A DNA stretch of 64,000 bases from Candidatus Bathyarchaeia archaeon (GCA_050010755.1 JBEKKK010000001.1:960001-1024000), one strand, 5' to 3'. Counted from the stretch's first letter, positions 29,496 to 39,695 are shown. Made by a program: numbers and translations. The notes: a model not told the origin generated them from the letters alone.

Positions 29496-30544
29496 TGAAG
29501 CGTAAAATTGAGGAATGGCCGGCCAAAGAACTTTATGCAAAGAGAAACTCGATTCAATACCCTGATTTCCAAAGAGAGCCCACTGTCTGGAACGAAGTAA
29601 AGAGGCAACTATTGATCGACTCGATGTTAATAGGTCTGGACATACCTAAAATCTACTTATACCAACCAGAAGAAGGCCAGGTCAATGTCCTTCGTCCAGG
29701 GAGAAGACAAATTGATAATTATGACTGCATTGATGGCCAACAGAGGATAGTATCCGTTATCGATTTTTTCAGTCAGAGTCTAAAACTCAAAGATGGTCGC
29801 TACTGGCGTAATCTAACTTTTGAAGAACAACAAACTCTTCTCAATTATAAGTTCACAATTGCGCTTGTTACTATAGCCACTGAAGAAGATTTGAGGCTTC
29901 TCTTTCTCAGACTTCAGCTGGGCTCTATTCTCAATGTGGGAGAAAAACTACATGCAATGAAAGGAGGTATGCACGACTTTGTATTTGACGTTGGCAAGAA
30001 TCATCCCTTCTTTGTTAAAGTGACTATACCCGAAAGAAGATTTGCCAGAGAGACGGTGTTTGCTCAGATTTGCATAAACTCCTTCTATCGTTCGCTTCAC
30101 GGCACCTTTTATAGCGCAAGATACGAAGAACTCAAAGCTTTTTTTGCGCAGTATTCGAATTTGGAGGAATACGGGAGTGAAGTGACACGAATTAGGCATA
30201 CTTTGGATCTGTTAGACCAATACTTTGGAGTCGAAGCAACTCAGTTCAGGAACAGAGCAACCATAGTTTCAGGGTACTTGTTCTTTGAACAATTGATTGT
30301 AAAGGATGAAACAGAAAAACTTCCAATATTCGTGAAATTCTATTTAGAATTCTTGCGGAAGCTGTCACAACAATCGTCTAGAGGACTTGACTACGATCCG
30401 CAATACAGAGGATTATTGGATTTCCAAACTAACATCCTCCAAGCAGCAGTTAGCAGGGCAGCGATAGAAGCAAGGAATAGAATATTGGAAGAATATTTTG
30501 ATTATTACTTGGAAACCAAGAAAATAAAGACAACTCCTCTATGA
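29495..30544 (+). CDS. DUF262 (GmrS/ParB-Srx-like) domain protein
   Basis: PDFQREPTVW, LIDSML, IDGQQR; TAATG coupling to the SIR2 gene. Confidence 0.85.
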   Translation: MKRKIEEWPAKELYAKRNSIQYPDFQREPTVWNEVKRQLLIDSMLIGLDIPKIYLYQPEEGQVNVLRPGRRQIDNYDCIDGQQRIVSVIDFFSQSLKLKDGRYWRNLTFEEQQTLLNYKFTIALVTIATEEDLRLLFLRLQLGSILNVGEKLHAMKGGMHDFVFDVGKNHPFFVKVTIPERRFARETVFAQICINSFYRSLHGTFYSARYEELKAFFAQYSNLEEYGSEVTRIRHTLDLLDQYFGVEATQFRNRATIVSGYLFFEQLIVKDETEKLPIFVKFYLEFLRKLSQQSSRGLDYDPQYRGLLDFQTNILQAAVSRAAIEARNRILEEYFDYYLETKKIKTTPL

Positions 30545-30663
30545 TGTTGTGAATTTCATTCCAATCATATTGCCAGTCTACGCGCTAAAGCTCCTCTTCA
30601 CCACCCTTCGTTTTTATATGCGGTTAGAATATATCATATTCATTACTGTCCGTAGATGACTGA

Positions 30664-31917
30664 ATGGAGAGAGCATCGATCCTTTCGCAACAGAAGAAAA
30701 TTATCGAACAAAATCAAGCCCTCGATTTGCCTGAGACACGAACTGCAAATTGGGATTTTGCCGGAAGCGACACTCAATATTCTACACATGGAATGCATAC
30801 ATGGTTAGCGGCTATGATTCCCGCACTGGCGGGCAAGCTTATTAAGGTCACACGGGCAGCAAGCGTTCTCGATCCGTTCTGCGGTGGTGGAGCGGTACTT
30901 GTTGAGGCTGTGTTGGCCGGAATCCCAACTGCTGGTATCGATATAAACCCACTCGCAACTCTCATTTCACGGGCCAAGACCACTTACATTGAGAAGGAGC
31001 TGCTCGAAAAGAGTTTAGCAGAGATCTTGAAAGCATCGAGCAATTATCCTAGACATGTCATTGCTTTCCCCCAAAAATACAACGTCCATTACTGGTACAA
31101 ACTTTACATGATTCCTGAATTGAGTTCAATTTCCATCGCTATCGGAAATGTGGAAGACCAGAAGATCAGGAATTTTTTTGAATGTGTGTTTTCCGCAACT
31201 GCAAGGGATGTTTCACTGACTCACAGGAATGAAATCAGACTTCGCAAATTAGAGCCGGGGCGATTAGCGAAATTCAATCCCGATGTTACTAGACGATTTG
31301 TTTCAAGAGCACGTGACGCGATTTTACGTGTGAGTAAACTCCCTAAAAACGCAGACGCCACTGTTTTGGATGGACACATTGTGTATACGCCTTTCAAGGA
31401 TGATGCCTTCACTACGATAATCTGTTCACCTCCATATGGCGATGAGCGCAACGGCGTCTGCTATTTTCAATCCGTTAAGAACATGCTGTATTGGCTTGGT
31501 TGGTCAGTAGAGGCATTGAATAGTCGCAAGTCTCGAACATTGGGTTGGGTTAGGGGTAGGAAATCAATAGACTCTCCTCCATCGCGCACTTTGAGAGAGA
31601 CAATCAATACTGTCAAGAACGAGAGGAGTCAATTGGAAGCTCTGGCATTCTATTATGATTACTGCCTCTCATTGAAAGAAATGGCTAGAGTTGTCAATGA
31701 TAAAATAGTAATAGTGATTGGCCAGAGGGTTTTGGATAGGAGGGTTTTTGACAACTCCAAGATAACTGTAGAACTCCTTGATGATGTTGGGGTAAAACTT
31801 GAACAGGAGTTTACCCGGAATTTACCGAGTAAGAGATTGCCAAAGTTGCGTGAATTTGGAGGAGTAATAGACAAAGAACACATATTGATCTTCACAGTCA
31901 AAAACAAAAGAATGTGA
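30664..31917 (+). CDS. N4-cytosine DNA methyltransferase (alpha-type motif order)
   Basis: THGMH, LDPFCGGG (motif I) preceding SPPY (motif IV). Confidence 0.85.
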   Translation: MERASILSQQKKIIEQNQALDLPETRTANWDFAGSDTQYSTHGMHTWLAAMIPALAGKLIKVTRAASVLDPFCGGGAVLVEAVLAGIPTAGIDINPLATLISRAKTTYIEKELLEKSLAEILKASSNYPRHVIAFPQKYNVHYWYKLYMIPELSSISIAIGNVEDQKIRNFFECVFSATARDVSLTHRNEIRLRKLEPGRLAKFNPDVTRRFVSRARDAILRVSKLPKNADATVLDGHIVYTPFKDDAFTTIICSPPYGDERNGVCYFQSVKNMLYWLGWSVEALNSRKSRTLGWVRGRKSIDSPPSRTLRETINTVKNERSQLEALAFYYDYCLSLKEMARVVNDKIVIVIGQRVLDRRVFDNSKITVELLDDVGVKLEQEFTRNLPSKRLPKLREFGGVIDKEHILIFTVKNKRM

Positions 31918-31921
31918 TTCA

Positions 31922-32569
31922 CTAGGACGTCGGTGATTCTCGGACTATTTGTTCCACATCACTAATGAGATTGCTCATAGATTTAATTTTATTCTTGATT
32001 CTATCGGGCAAAGATTCGTGATTGACATAATAAACTCCATCTATAACAGGGCATCTGCTCATCGTTAGTAATCGAGATTCGAACCCACTAAAATTATCGT
32101 TTGTTACTAAGAAGACGACGGGTTCTCGCATTTCCGCTCGCTTGCACCAATCTTTGATAGCATATGCCTCATATCCTGCTTCATACATTCGGTCATGTCT
32201 CATTCCCCATTTTAAAGTCAGAATGCCGCGTAGATCGATTGTGCTTTTGAAAATTACATCAGGCATTGGAATCCAATTGACTTCTTCAAAACCTTTAATC
32301 TCTTTTATCTTGTGCCCTCTTCCCGGATAGGCTTTAAATTCACCGGGTTTCAAAAAAGTTCTTAGAATTGTCTCTATTCCCAGCTCAAACCAGTCTCCCC
32401 GGCATCTCCCTATTTGGTTTGGACGCAGGCCATAGTCAGTTATGCCTATTTTGTCGCATTTTTGAATGAGATTAACAATAAAACTTGAAATGTCATTTTC
32501 ACTCTTGGGAACGATGCTGGTTACCATAGCTCTTTTGAAAGAGTCACCAATTACCCTACTTGTATTCAA
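31922..32569 (-). CDS. Type II restriction endonuclease, CCGG-family-like (Cfr10I/BsaWI/Ecl18kI-type motif)
   Basis: GDWFE, PD...KWGMRHDR...E motif; convergent with the methyltransferase (4-bp gap). Confidence 0.7.
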   Translation of the reverse strand: MNTSRVIGDSFKRAMVTSIVPKSENDISSFIVNLIQKCDKIGITDYGLRPNQIGRCRGDWFELGIETILRTFLKPGEFKAYPGRGHKIKEIKGFEEVNWIPMPDVIFKSTIDLRGILTLKWGMRHDRMYEAGYEAYAIKDWCKRAEMREPVVFLVTNDNFSGFESRLLTMSRCPVIDGVYYVNHESLPDRIKNKIKSMSNLISDVEQIVRESPTS

Positions 32570-32689
32570 GTTATTCTATTGCCAGAAGTCTATCTTCTGG
32601 TTAAGAACCCATGTTGATATCAAATGTCTTTTTATGACTCTGATAACAACAAAATGATTTAACATACAAACACTCTTCACTTTCCATTC

Positions 32690-32971
32690 ATGAATATTGA
32701 GAAAGTCACAGCCGCACTGGATTCCAGACTCAGAAGAGACATTATGATAATTCTTGCAAAAGAGCCAAAATCGGTTGCTGAAGTCACGAAAGAATTAGCT
32801 GCATTAGGTCGAGTAGTAAAGTATCGAGAGAGTGTTTATAGAGGACTTGAAAAATTAGTCGATGCTGGGCTCGTAGATAAATATTATTATAGACAAAAGG
32901 GAATTGGCTATAAGCTAGTTGTAAAAAGAATCCAAATCAACCTTGCGGATGGTACGCTGGAAAGCGAGTAG
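32690..32971 (+). CDS. Winged-helix (ArsR-like) regulator
   Basis: LDSRLRRDIM...SVYRGLEKLVDAGLV. Confidence 0.8.
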   Translation: MNIEKVTAALDSRLRRDIMIILAKEPKSVAEVTKELAALGRVVKYRESVYRGLEKLVDAGLVDKYYYRQKGIGYKLVVKRIQINLADGTLESE

Positions 32972-33104
32972 TTCTTAGAGACAAAAGTCCGAGTTATCAG
33001 ACTGGGGATCATAAGAGCCAATAGGCACGCGAGTTTTCCTGACGCAAAATAGCGCGCGCATTGGCACAAAAATGAAATAGAACAAATAGGCTAGAGAGGG
33101 CATT

Positions 33105-34142
33105 ATGATGTCACTTACTATCCCAACGAGATCACATCAAAGGTTATTCATGTTTAATGTTGGTCATGGCGATAGCGTTCTGATTTGCGATGACAACTGT
33201 CATAGTCTTCTTGTTGATATCGGGACACAAACACCCCGGGAATACGCTCATATACCCCATCTGATAGAGAACCTGACCTACCCTCGGAAGTGCGGTTTGA
33301 TCGTATCGCATTACCACTGGGACCATTACAGTTTATTTCGTTATTTTAGGCATCCCGACGTCCTCTTTTCTAATGTCTATTTTCCAGACTTTGAAATGGG
33401 GGGCCCAGTCGGTACTCTCGGGCTTGCTATGATGGAATTTATAAAAACTGCTGTTTCCTTCGAGTTTGGCAGCTACAGAATACTTCCCGAAATAATTGCT
33501 AATGCCAATCTATCTGTGACGTTTTGCAGAAAAGGCACAATAATCAATGAAATAACTCCTTCTGTGCGGGTGTTCTGGCCCGACTTCTCTCATACTTCCT
33601 TAATAAACAGCAAAATAGTCGAAGCCGCCGAAAAAGTCAGAGGCAGTGTTGAACCCATCATGGATAAATATGGCATCAAGAAGCCGCCCAATTCCGAAAA
33701 GAATTACTCAATGAGATCCTTCTTCGAAGATCTTGAACGAGAAGAGGTCGCATATCGTCAGCAGCCCGAATCCGAGAAGACTGAAGTGCACAAAAAACTT
33801 GAAAGAATTGAAAAAGACCTTAGCCCTGTAGCAAATATCCTATCCATTGCTTTCAGGACTAAGTACTGGAGCTTCCCCAGATTTTTGTTTCTCGGCGATA
33901 TGGAGAGTTCTGTACTTGACAAAATCTACATCCCGAACTCGCGCGATTATGATTTCTTAAAGGCCTCGCATCATGGAACCGAATTTGGAAGCAGTCTGGA
34001 AAACCTCAACACAGAGTTTCTATTGATCTCGCGGGTCGAAAACAGCAAACACCTTTCCGGGATCCATGATGGCTACATAAACAGAGTTCATTACAGAATG
34101 ATGCTCAGCACAAGTTACCTCGGAGATTGTTTTTTCATCTAG
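33105..34142 (+). CDS. Metallo-beta-lactamase-fold hydrolase (ComEC/Rec2-like)
   Basis: NVGHGDS, LVDIG, SHYHWDH, FLGD, KASHHG; bracketed by octamers at 33052 and 34142. Confidence 0.82.
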   Translation: MMSLTIPTRSHQRLFMFNVGHGDSVLICDDNCHSLLVDIGTQTPREYAHIPHLIENLTYPRKCGLIVSHYHWDHYSLFRYFRHPDVLFSNVYFPDFEMGGPVGTLGLAMMEFIKTAVSFEFGSYRILPEIIANANLSVTFCRKGTIINEITPSVRVFWPDFSHTSLINSKIVEAAEKVRGSVEPIMDKYGIKKPPNSEKNYSMRSFFEDLEREEVAYRQQPESEKTEVHKKLERIEKDLSPVANILSIAFRTKYWSFPRFLFLGDMESSVLDKIYIPNSRDYDFLKASHHGTEFGSSLENLNTEFLLISRVENSKHLSGIHDGYINRVHYRMMLSTSYLGDCFFI

Positions 34143-34208
34143 CGCGCGCTCACAATATAGGAGAAACATAATAACTGATAGAGATCGGCTTCGATTTCAT
34201 CTGCAATC

Positions 34209-34400
34209 ATGACGACGTTATGCTTTTCAGAACAGGAAATAGAAAGGTTATCTGAGTACAGCGGGCGCTTTCCGGAAAAGCCATTTACAAAGTGTTGTAT
34301 AAGGCCCTGTCCACGGTACCGTGCGATATTTCAATTCGCAAGGTATTCTCTGCTTGCATTCGAAGATTGCCGCCTCGAGTGGCGCGAGTGGGAACCATGA
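34209..34400 (+). CDS. Small hypothetical protein
   Basis: 63 aa; ATGA overlap with the next ORF. Confidence 0.45.
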   Translation: MTTLCFSEQEIERLSEYSGRFPEKPFTKCCIRPCPRYRAIFQFARYSLLAFEDCRLEWREWEP

Positions 34401-34624
34401 CGCACAGACGAACCAGAGAAAAAGAGCAGGTGAGACAAGCTCGCCGAATCATCCTTTCCAGCAGTTTCCATGACCGAGTGAGGTGCGAAAGAATCTGCAG
34501 AATGACCCGCACCGACGTTCTGGCACTGCTTAAGGAGCCAGTTCAAGTCGGCTCAGTGCCTGCACTTGAACGAGGCGAGGTCTTGGTTGACTCGCGCGGA
34601 AAGGGAAGCTTCCAAACAGAGTGA
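34397..34624 (+). CDS. Small hypothetical protein
   Basis: ATGA and GTGA overlaps on both sides suggest translational coupling. Confidence 0.45.
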   Translation: MTHRRTREKEQVRQARRIILSSSFHDRVRCERICRMTRTDVLALLKEPVQVGSVPALERGEVLVDSRGKGSFQTE

Positions 34625-35070
34625 TAACACAAGCCTGGGCCGGGGAGTTCTCAGAGTTGAAAAGAGCAGGTAAGGGGCAATCGTTGCGTGCCCGGCGATC
34701 TTTCAATGATGTGATGGCGGGCCGTATTTTTCAGATAAGGCGTCGCGTGAAGCTTGACACGCAGCAGCTACGCATGAAGACGATTAGGCAGTTGGAGCAG
34801 CTTTTCGATTTTGCTTCCGCAATCGCGCGTGGGCAGGTTCAGTATCAACGTTTGGAAGGGAAGATGCATCTTATCACGTTGAAGGAGCGGCAGGGTTGGA
34901 CGAGGGTCGCCGGGTACATCGCCCAGATCCTGCAGAACATTGGCAAAGGTTTTGATGAGAAGCAAGTTGATGAGGACCTTGCTGAACTGGAGAAGTTTTT
35001 GAATGAAACAATGCCAGAAGACCAGGCTAAAACGGTTGAAGAGGCAGCTGAAGGCGCGCCGTCCAAGTGA
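34621..35070 (+). CDS. Putative terminase small subunit (positional call)
   Basis: Helical protein immediately upstream of and overlapping terL. Confidence 0.45.
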   Translation: MITQAWAGEFSELKRAGKGQSLRARRSFNDVMAGRIFQIRRRVKLDTQQLRMKTIRQLEQLFDFASAIARGQVQYQRLEGKMHLITLKERQGWTRVAGYIAQILQNIGKGFDEKQVDEDLAELEKFLNETMPEDQAKTVEEAAEGAPSK

Positions 35071-36385
35071 ACCTTTGGAGATCCCCTCTGATCCAGCGAC
35101 GTTCGCCCTTCACGTTTTCGGGTTCAAGTGCAACGAGTACCAGGCGAAGCTTCTGCGAGATACTTCCAAACGTATTGTCGTGAGGTGGAGTCGACAGTCT
35201 GGTAAGACAACTTGTATCGCTTTGAGGGCGATTTGGTTTGCGCTTGTTCACCCGAAGACTCTAACGTTGATCGTGGCACCATCATTGCGACAGTCGATGA
35301 TAATGAGCGATAGGATTCAGGATTTTCTCGCAAGCTTGCCAAAGGAACGATATCTGCAAATGATTGAAAAGCTGCAGAGAGCCACGGTTCGTTTCAAGAA
35401 CGGCAGCCGCATCGTGGCCTTGCCTAACAGTCCTCAGCTCCTACGCGGATACACCGCCCACCAGGTTTTGCCTGATGAAGCAAACTTCTTCAGGGATGAT
35501 GACCTAGTCTTTTACGATATATTGTACCCGATGCTCAGTACTACGGATGGCGTTCTTATCGCGTCAAGCACGCCGTGGAATAAGGACAGCGTGTTCTACC
35601 GGATGACTCAGAGCAGCGAGTTCAGCAAGCACGTTGTGACCTGCGAGGACGTAGTTCGTAGCGGCCTTGTGAAACAGAGTTTCGTCGACGAGATGCGGGC
35701 TCAGCTGCCAGCGGAGCGGTTTCAACGTGAGTTCATGGCCGAGTTTGTTGAGGACATCGACGCTTGGCTGACGCAGAGCCTGATTGTCAACTGTATCGAT
35801 AGCAACTTGCAGCCATATGATTTTCAGGACACACTCCAAGGCGAGTTTTATGTCGGGGTCGATTTTGGGAAAGAGCAGGATTCCAGTGTGGTCCTGGTCC
35901 TTCAAAGAATCGGGAGTGTGCTCAAGATGGTGCACGTTCACCGTTTTCCACTGAAAACAGAGTATGCAAGCGTCATCGGCTACACGAAGAGTCTTCAGGA
36001 TCGCTGGCGGGAAATCAGGGCCGTTTACGCAGACATCACTGGCGTGGGAGGCTACATCGTTGAGGACATGGTTCGCAGCGGGATCCAGGGCGTCAACGGC
36101 GTAACCTTCACGGTGCAGTCGAAAGAAGAGATGGCCACGATTTTAAGGGAAAAAATGCGCTGCGGCGAAGTGAAAATTCCATACGTGCCGGCGACGAAAA
36201 TTCAAGACGTAGACTTGACTGCTGAGCTTAACATTGAAAAGTACGAGCTCATGAAGACCGGTCACCTTCGCTTCAGCCATCCAGATGGCTCACATGACGA
36301 CGTGTTTTGGAGCATGGCTCTGGCCGTGTACGGAGCGATTCAGGCCCCGTTGCCCGGCAAAGGCGTCGCATTCATACCACATTAA
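35003..36385 (+). CDS. terL: Terminase large subunit
   Basis: SRQSGKT Walker A, LRG...DEA Walker B, STP, VGVDFG, HDDVFWS nuclease motifs. Confidence 0.93.
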   Translation: MKQCQKTRLKRLKRQLKARRPSEPLEIPSDPATFALHVFGFKCNEYQAKLLRDTSKRIVVRWSRQSGKTTCIALRAIWFALVHPKTLTLIVAPSLRQSMIMSDRIQDFLASLPKERYLQMIEKLQRATVRFKNGSRIVALPNSPQLLRGYTAHQVLPDEANFFRDDDLVFYDILYPMLSTTDGVLIASSTPWNKDSVFYRMTQSSEFSKHVVTCEDVVRSGLVKQSFVDEMRAQLPAERFQREFMAEFVEDIDAWLTQSLIVNCIDSNLQPYDFQDTLQGEFYVGVDFGKEQDSSVVLVLQRIGSVLKMVHVHRFPLKTEYASVIGYTKSLQDRWREIRAVYADITGVGGYIVEDMVRSGIQGVNGVTFTVQSKEEMATILREKMRCGEVKIPYVPATKIQDVDLTAELNIEKYELMKTGHLRFSHPDGSHDDVFWSMALAVYGAIQAPLPGKGVAFIPH

Positions 36386-36409
36386 ACAAATGAACGAAGT
36401 TGAAAAATC

Positions 36410-36622
36410 ATGGAGACAGAAGTATTCATCGCTTCCTCAAGAGGAACTTTGAAAGCTCTCGGCATAGAGCTAGCGGGCGACATCAAAGACTTGCATATAC
36501 TCATAGACGGCGTTGACATTTCGAAAGTCGCGAGTTTCGAAGAAGTGAGAATCGTGCTGCGAAAAGAAGAGCAATCTTCGCCGCTCGCAGTCATTGTGAA
36601 GGAGAAAGAGAAAACACAATAA
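36410..36622 (+). CDS. Small hypothetical protein
   Basis: 70-aa co-oriented ORF filling the terL-portal gap. Confidence 0.6.
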   Translation: METEVFIASSRGTLKALGIELAGDIKDLHILIDGVDISKVASFEEVRIVLRKEEQSSPLAVIVKEKEKTQ

Positions 36623-36636
36623 TCCGGTGAGTTCTG

Positions 36637-38070
36637 ATGCCGTTTAAAGCAGTGAAGCCAGCGGGCACTGTGCTTGCTCAAAGGGATGTACCTCCAGATA
36701 TCTCTGCGAAGCAGATTCAAGAAGAAATCCCGGTAAACTGGAGATATGACCCCGGTCTTTGGGGTTACCTGAACAAGTACGTGATTAAAGACTCAGGCGT
36801 CGGCTTCATAACTCCACCATACATTGCCTATTGGGAAAGGGTTTGGGGCGCCCAACCCATAGAGGATTTACCGAAGTACAAGGAACTCTACACGTTCACA
36901 CCCTTCATCAAGGCCAGCGTGGACGTCACCATTAACTTGATGATAAGCAACGGCTTCGAACTTGAAGGCGGCGATGACGACGTCAGAAGTTGGCTCACGG
37001 ACTGGCTTGATGAACACAATGTTCTGCAAACCTTGCGAGTCGTTTCAGCGGACATGTACATCTCTGGCAACGCCTACATAGAGGTTTGCAGAGATGAAGA
37101 CTCTGATGTTGACGATTGGTGGCTTAAGCCTCTTGATCCTGTTTACATGAGAGTGCGCAGAGACGCTTACGGCAATGTTTTCGGTTACATTCAACTGTTA
37201 ACCTTTCCACCAGTGACTTTTGAAGCGGAAGACATCATCCATTTCAAGTGGTGCCCCAAAAGTTGGTGGTACGAGTACAGCTACGGCACAAGCCAGCTTA
37301 GGCCCCTAATCCTCGTTCAAAGCCTGATTGATGATTTCCAGACGGACATGGCCACAATAATGAAGATTTACACGAAGCCTATGCTCATCGTCACCTGCGG
37401 CACACCGGACAGACCTTTCAGTGATTCAGCGTTATCAGGCGTTGTCCAAGCTTTTCAAAACAGAGACGCAGCCACAGATGTTTTCGTTAGAGGCGATGTC
37501 ACCGTCAAAACGATGACAAGCATGACTCGTGAGATTAACGTTCAGTGGTGGATTGACTACCTTCATAACCAGAGGAAAGCCGTGCTCGGAGTGCCAGAGA
37601 TTTTCCTTGGAGATTCAAAGGGCACAAATCGGGCCACTGCAGACATCGTGATGCAAGAGTTCGTTACACGCTTACGAATGGGGCAAGAATCTCTCGGAGA
37701 TACGCTTGAAACAGTTTTGTTCAAGCAACTTATAGATGCAAAGTTTGGCGTAGGCAAAGAGATTCCGCATTGCAAGTGGAGACCCATATGGGAGCCCACA
37801 ACTGGAGATAAGGCGAAATACTTAGATCTTCTCGTGAAGGACGGTGTTTCAGCCATTTCAGAAGCAAGGGCGCAACTCGGCTTTCCAGAAGAGTTCCCGG
37901 CAGAAGAGATTCCACAGTTGCAAGTGCTTCCTGAAAGAGTCGGTGTAAGCGTGACTCAGCAGGCAAGCGGCGGAACAGCCGTTCAAGAGATGCTTCCTCA
38001 GAACCAATCAGGCGGAACATCAGCTCAAATGCGAGTCAAAAGGAAGTATCTGATTGCCGAGGTACAGTGA
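36637..38070 (+). CDS. Portal protein
   Basis: Follows terL; ISGNAYIE, LDPVYM, DIIHFK, YGTS, LGVPEIFLG, EARAQLG. Confidence 0.88.
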   Translation: MPFKAVKPAGTVLAQRDVPPDISAKQIQEEIPVNWRYDPGLWGYLNKYVIKDSGVGFITPPYIAYWERVWGAQPIEDLPKYKELYTFTPFIKASVDVTINLMISNGFELEGGDDDVRSWLTDWLDEHNVLQTLRVVSADMYISGNAYIEVCRDEDSDVDDWWLKPLDPVYMRVRRDAYGNVFGYIQLLTFPPVTFEAEDIIHFKWCPKSWWYEYSYGTSQLRPLILVQSLIDDFQTDMATIMKIYTKPMLIVTCGTPDRPFSDSALSGVVQAFQNRDAATDVFVRGDVTVKTMTSMTREINVQWWIDYLHNQRKAVLGVPEIFLGDSKGTNRATADIVMQEFVTRLRMGQESLGDTLETVLFKQLIDAKFGVGKEIPHCKWRPIWEPTTGDKAKYLDLLVKDGVSAISEARAQLGFPEEFPAEEIPQLQVLPERVGVSVTQQASGGTAVQEMLPQNQSGGTSAQMRVKRKYLIAEVQ

Positions 38071-38335
38071 TGCTCTTTTGGCTTGTGAGGTATTCAGAGC
38101 TTTCAAAGCAGCCACTGCAGGGGAAGAACAGGAATCGCCTACGACCACGTGGGCCTTCGTTGTGACTGGCGACAAGACATGTGAAGAATGCCAGAAGTAT
38201 AAGGATGACACATACGAGCTTGAGAACCCCGACGACCTGCTGGGCATGTTTGATTATGGCGAGTGGATTGACGAAGACACCTTCGCACCCAACATTCACG
38301 TCAATTGTGAGTGCACGATTATCAGAGTTGATTGA
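38054..38335 (+). CDS. Minor head morphogenesis protein (Mu gpF/SPP1 gp7 C-terminal-like)
   Basis: DKTCEEC...HVNCEC motif directly after the portal. Confidence 0.65.
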   Translation: MPRYSDALLACEVFRAFKAATAGEEQESPTTTWAFVVTGDKTCEECQKYKDDTYELENPDDLLGMFDYGEWIDEDTFAPNIHVNCECTIIRVD

Positions 38336-38336
38336 A

Positions 38337-38651
38337 ATGTCTGAAAAAGAAAATCCATTGTTTAGAGGCAAAACGGAGAAGGAAATTGATGAGTTCCTCA
38401 GGTTAGAGGGGGAGCTTATTGTCGAGCTGGATGCGCTTTCACCACCCATGAAACGCGCAATTCTTGATAATCTTAGACAAATTGCAAAGCTGCCACCTTG
38501 GATGCAGAGAATCCTTCTTGATGACATTAACACGGCCGCTGTCAATCGCATAGGCATCATGGTCACGATAATTCAAACTCAAAAGCAAAACGAGCAGCAC
38601 CCAACTTTCAGGATGGCGCGAGATGATGCACGTGAACGGAAAAAAGAATGA
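38337..38651 (+). CDS. Hypothetical protein, paralog of 53408-53614
   Basis: LPPWMQRILLDDINTAAVNR versus FPKWMQTIILEDVNTAIENR. Confidence 0.7.
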   Translation: MSEKENPLFRGKTEKEIDEFLRLEGELIVELDALSPPMKRAILDNLRQIAKLPPWMQRILLDDINTAAVNRIGIMVTIIQTQKQNEQHPTFRMARDDARERKKE

Positions 38652-38866
38652 GAAGCTTGTGCAAATGGCATGCCCAGAGTGTAAAACCGTCTACGGACCG
38701 CAACCAATGATTTTGCTAATGAAAGATGGAACGAGTCAGCTAATCCACGAATTGCCGAGAAAGTGTTTGCGCTGTCATTGCAACCTGCAAAGATTCGCAG
38801 TTGAAATGCCGAGAGGAATGAACACTGCCAACACAATACTATCAAAGACAAATCATACCGCCGGGC

Positions 38867-39355
38867 ATGATTTACCGCACGATGCAACAATACGGTCGCG
38901 AGATGCGCGCCCTGACATTAGCGCACATTGAAGCTTCAAAGATCCCTCCTGCCCCCGCAGTGCCTCAAAGAGAACTCAGCGTTTTATGGCCACGCATGCC
39001 TTGTCACACACTCTGCAGATACACGAATGAGATGCGCAGGCCACACGTAAGCTGCTGGTGGTTCTGCCGGCTCCGCAGATTCTTTTATGGCAAGCTCAGC
39101 AAGGATGAATACCACTATAATCCGCTCACGGGCATGGTAGTCACAAAAAACTTGAAGAACATGCGCACGCATGTCATACTCTTAACTGAAGAATACTTTT
39201 CCCCGAACTGCAGTTACGTCATGAACATTTTTACGAAAAGAAGGTTTGCGAGAGTTAAGGACATCCTCATGAACAAACTCTTCCAAATTTACAACGTTTG
39301 GTGGATCCCACACAAGAAGACGATTTTAACCATGTGTGAAGGACTGGCGAACTAA
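38867..39355 (+). CDS. Hypothetical protein
   Basis: 162-aa co-oriented ORF. Confidence 0.55.
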   Translation: MIYRTMQQYGREMRALTLAHIEASKIPPAPAVPQRELSVLWPRMPCHTLCRYTNEMRRPHVSCWWFCRLRRFFYGKLSKDEYHYNPLTGMVVTKNLKNMRTHVILLTEEYFSPNCSYVMNIFTKRRFARVKDILMNKLFQIYNVWWIPHKKTILTMCEGLAN

Positions 39356-39356
39356 T

Positions 39357-39683
39357 ATGGCAAACATCACAAACGAAAAAAACATGTGGAAATGCAACGT
39401 TCAAACCCTTGAAAAGTTTGACAAGATGCATGCAAAGCCATTTGTCGCAGGCGTGCAGGTTGTTATGGGAAGAGTTAAGGGCACAGATCGGTGGGAAATT
39501 CAAGGATTCACCTTTTTGAAGACTAACTTCAAGAGCGCTGAAGATTGCCGAGTATGGCTTGATTCCCATTTAAAGGGAGAAATCAAAACCTGCCTGGATT
39601 TCAAAGCTTGGAATGAATACAGGCGAAGGGCGATGAACGCATTCTTGCAAGTTGCGGAAGTCACAAATCACGGCAACGAATAA
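39357..39683 (+). CDS. Hypothetical head-region protein
   Basis: Co-oriented ORF; WEIQGFTF...CRVWL. Confidence 0.6.
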   Translation: MANITNEKNMWKCNVQTLEKFDKMHAKPFVAGVQVVMGRVKGTDRWEIQGFTFLKTNFKSAEDCRVWLDSHLKGEIKTCLDFKAWNEYRRRAMNAFLQVAEVTNHGNE

Positions 39684-39695
39684 GAAGTTGAAAAA

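Noticed and set aside
30664-32569. This R-M system as the enzyme pair acting on GCGCGC
   Set aside because: The endonuclease motif resembles CCGG-family enzymes and specificity cannot be read from sequence, so no link can be supported.
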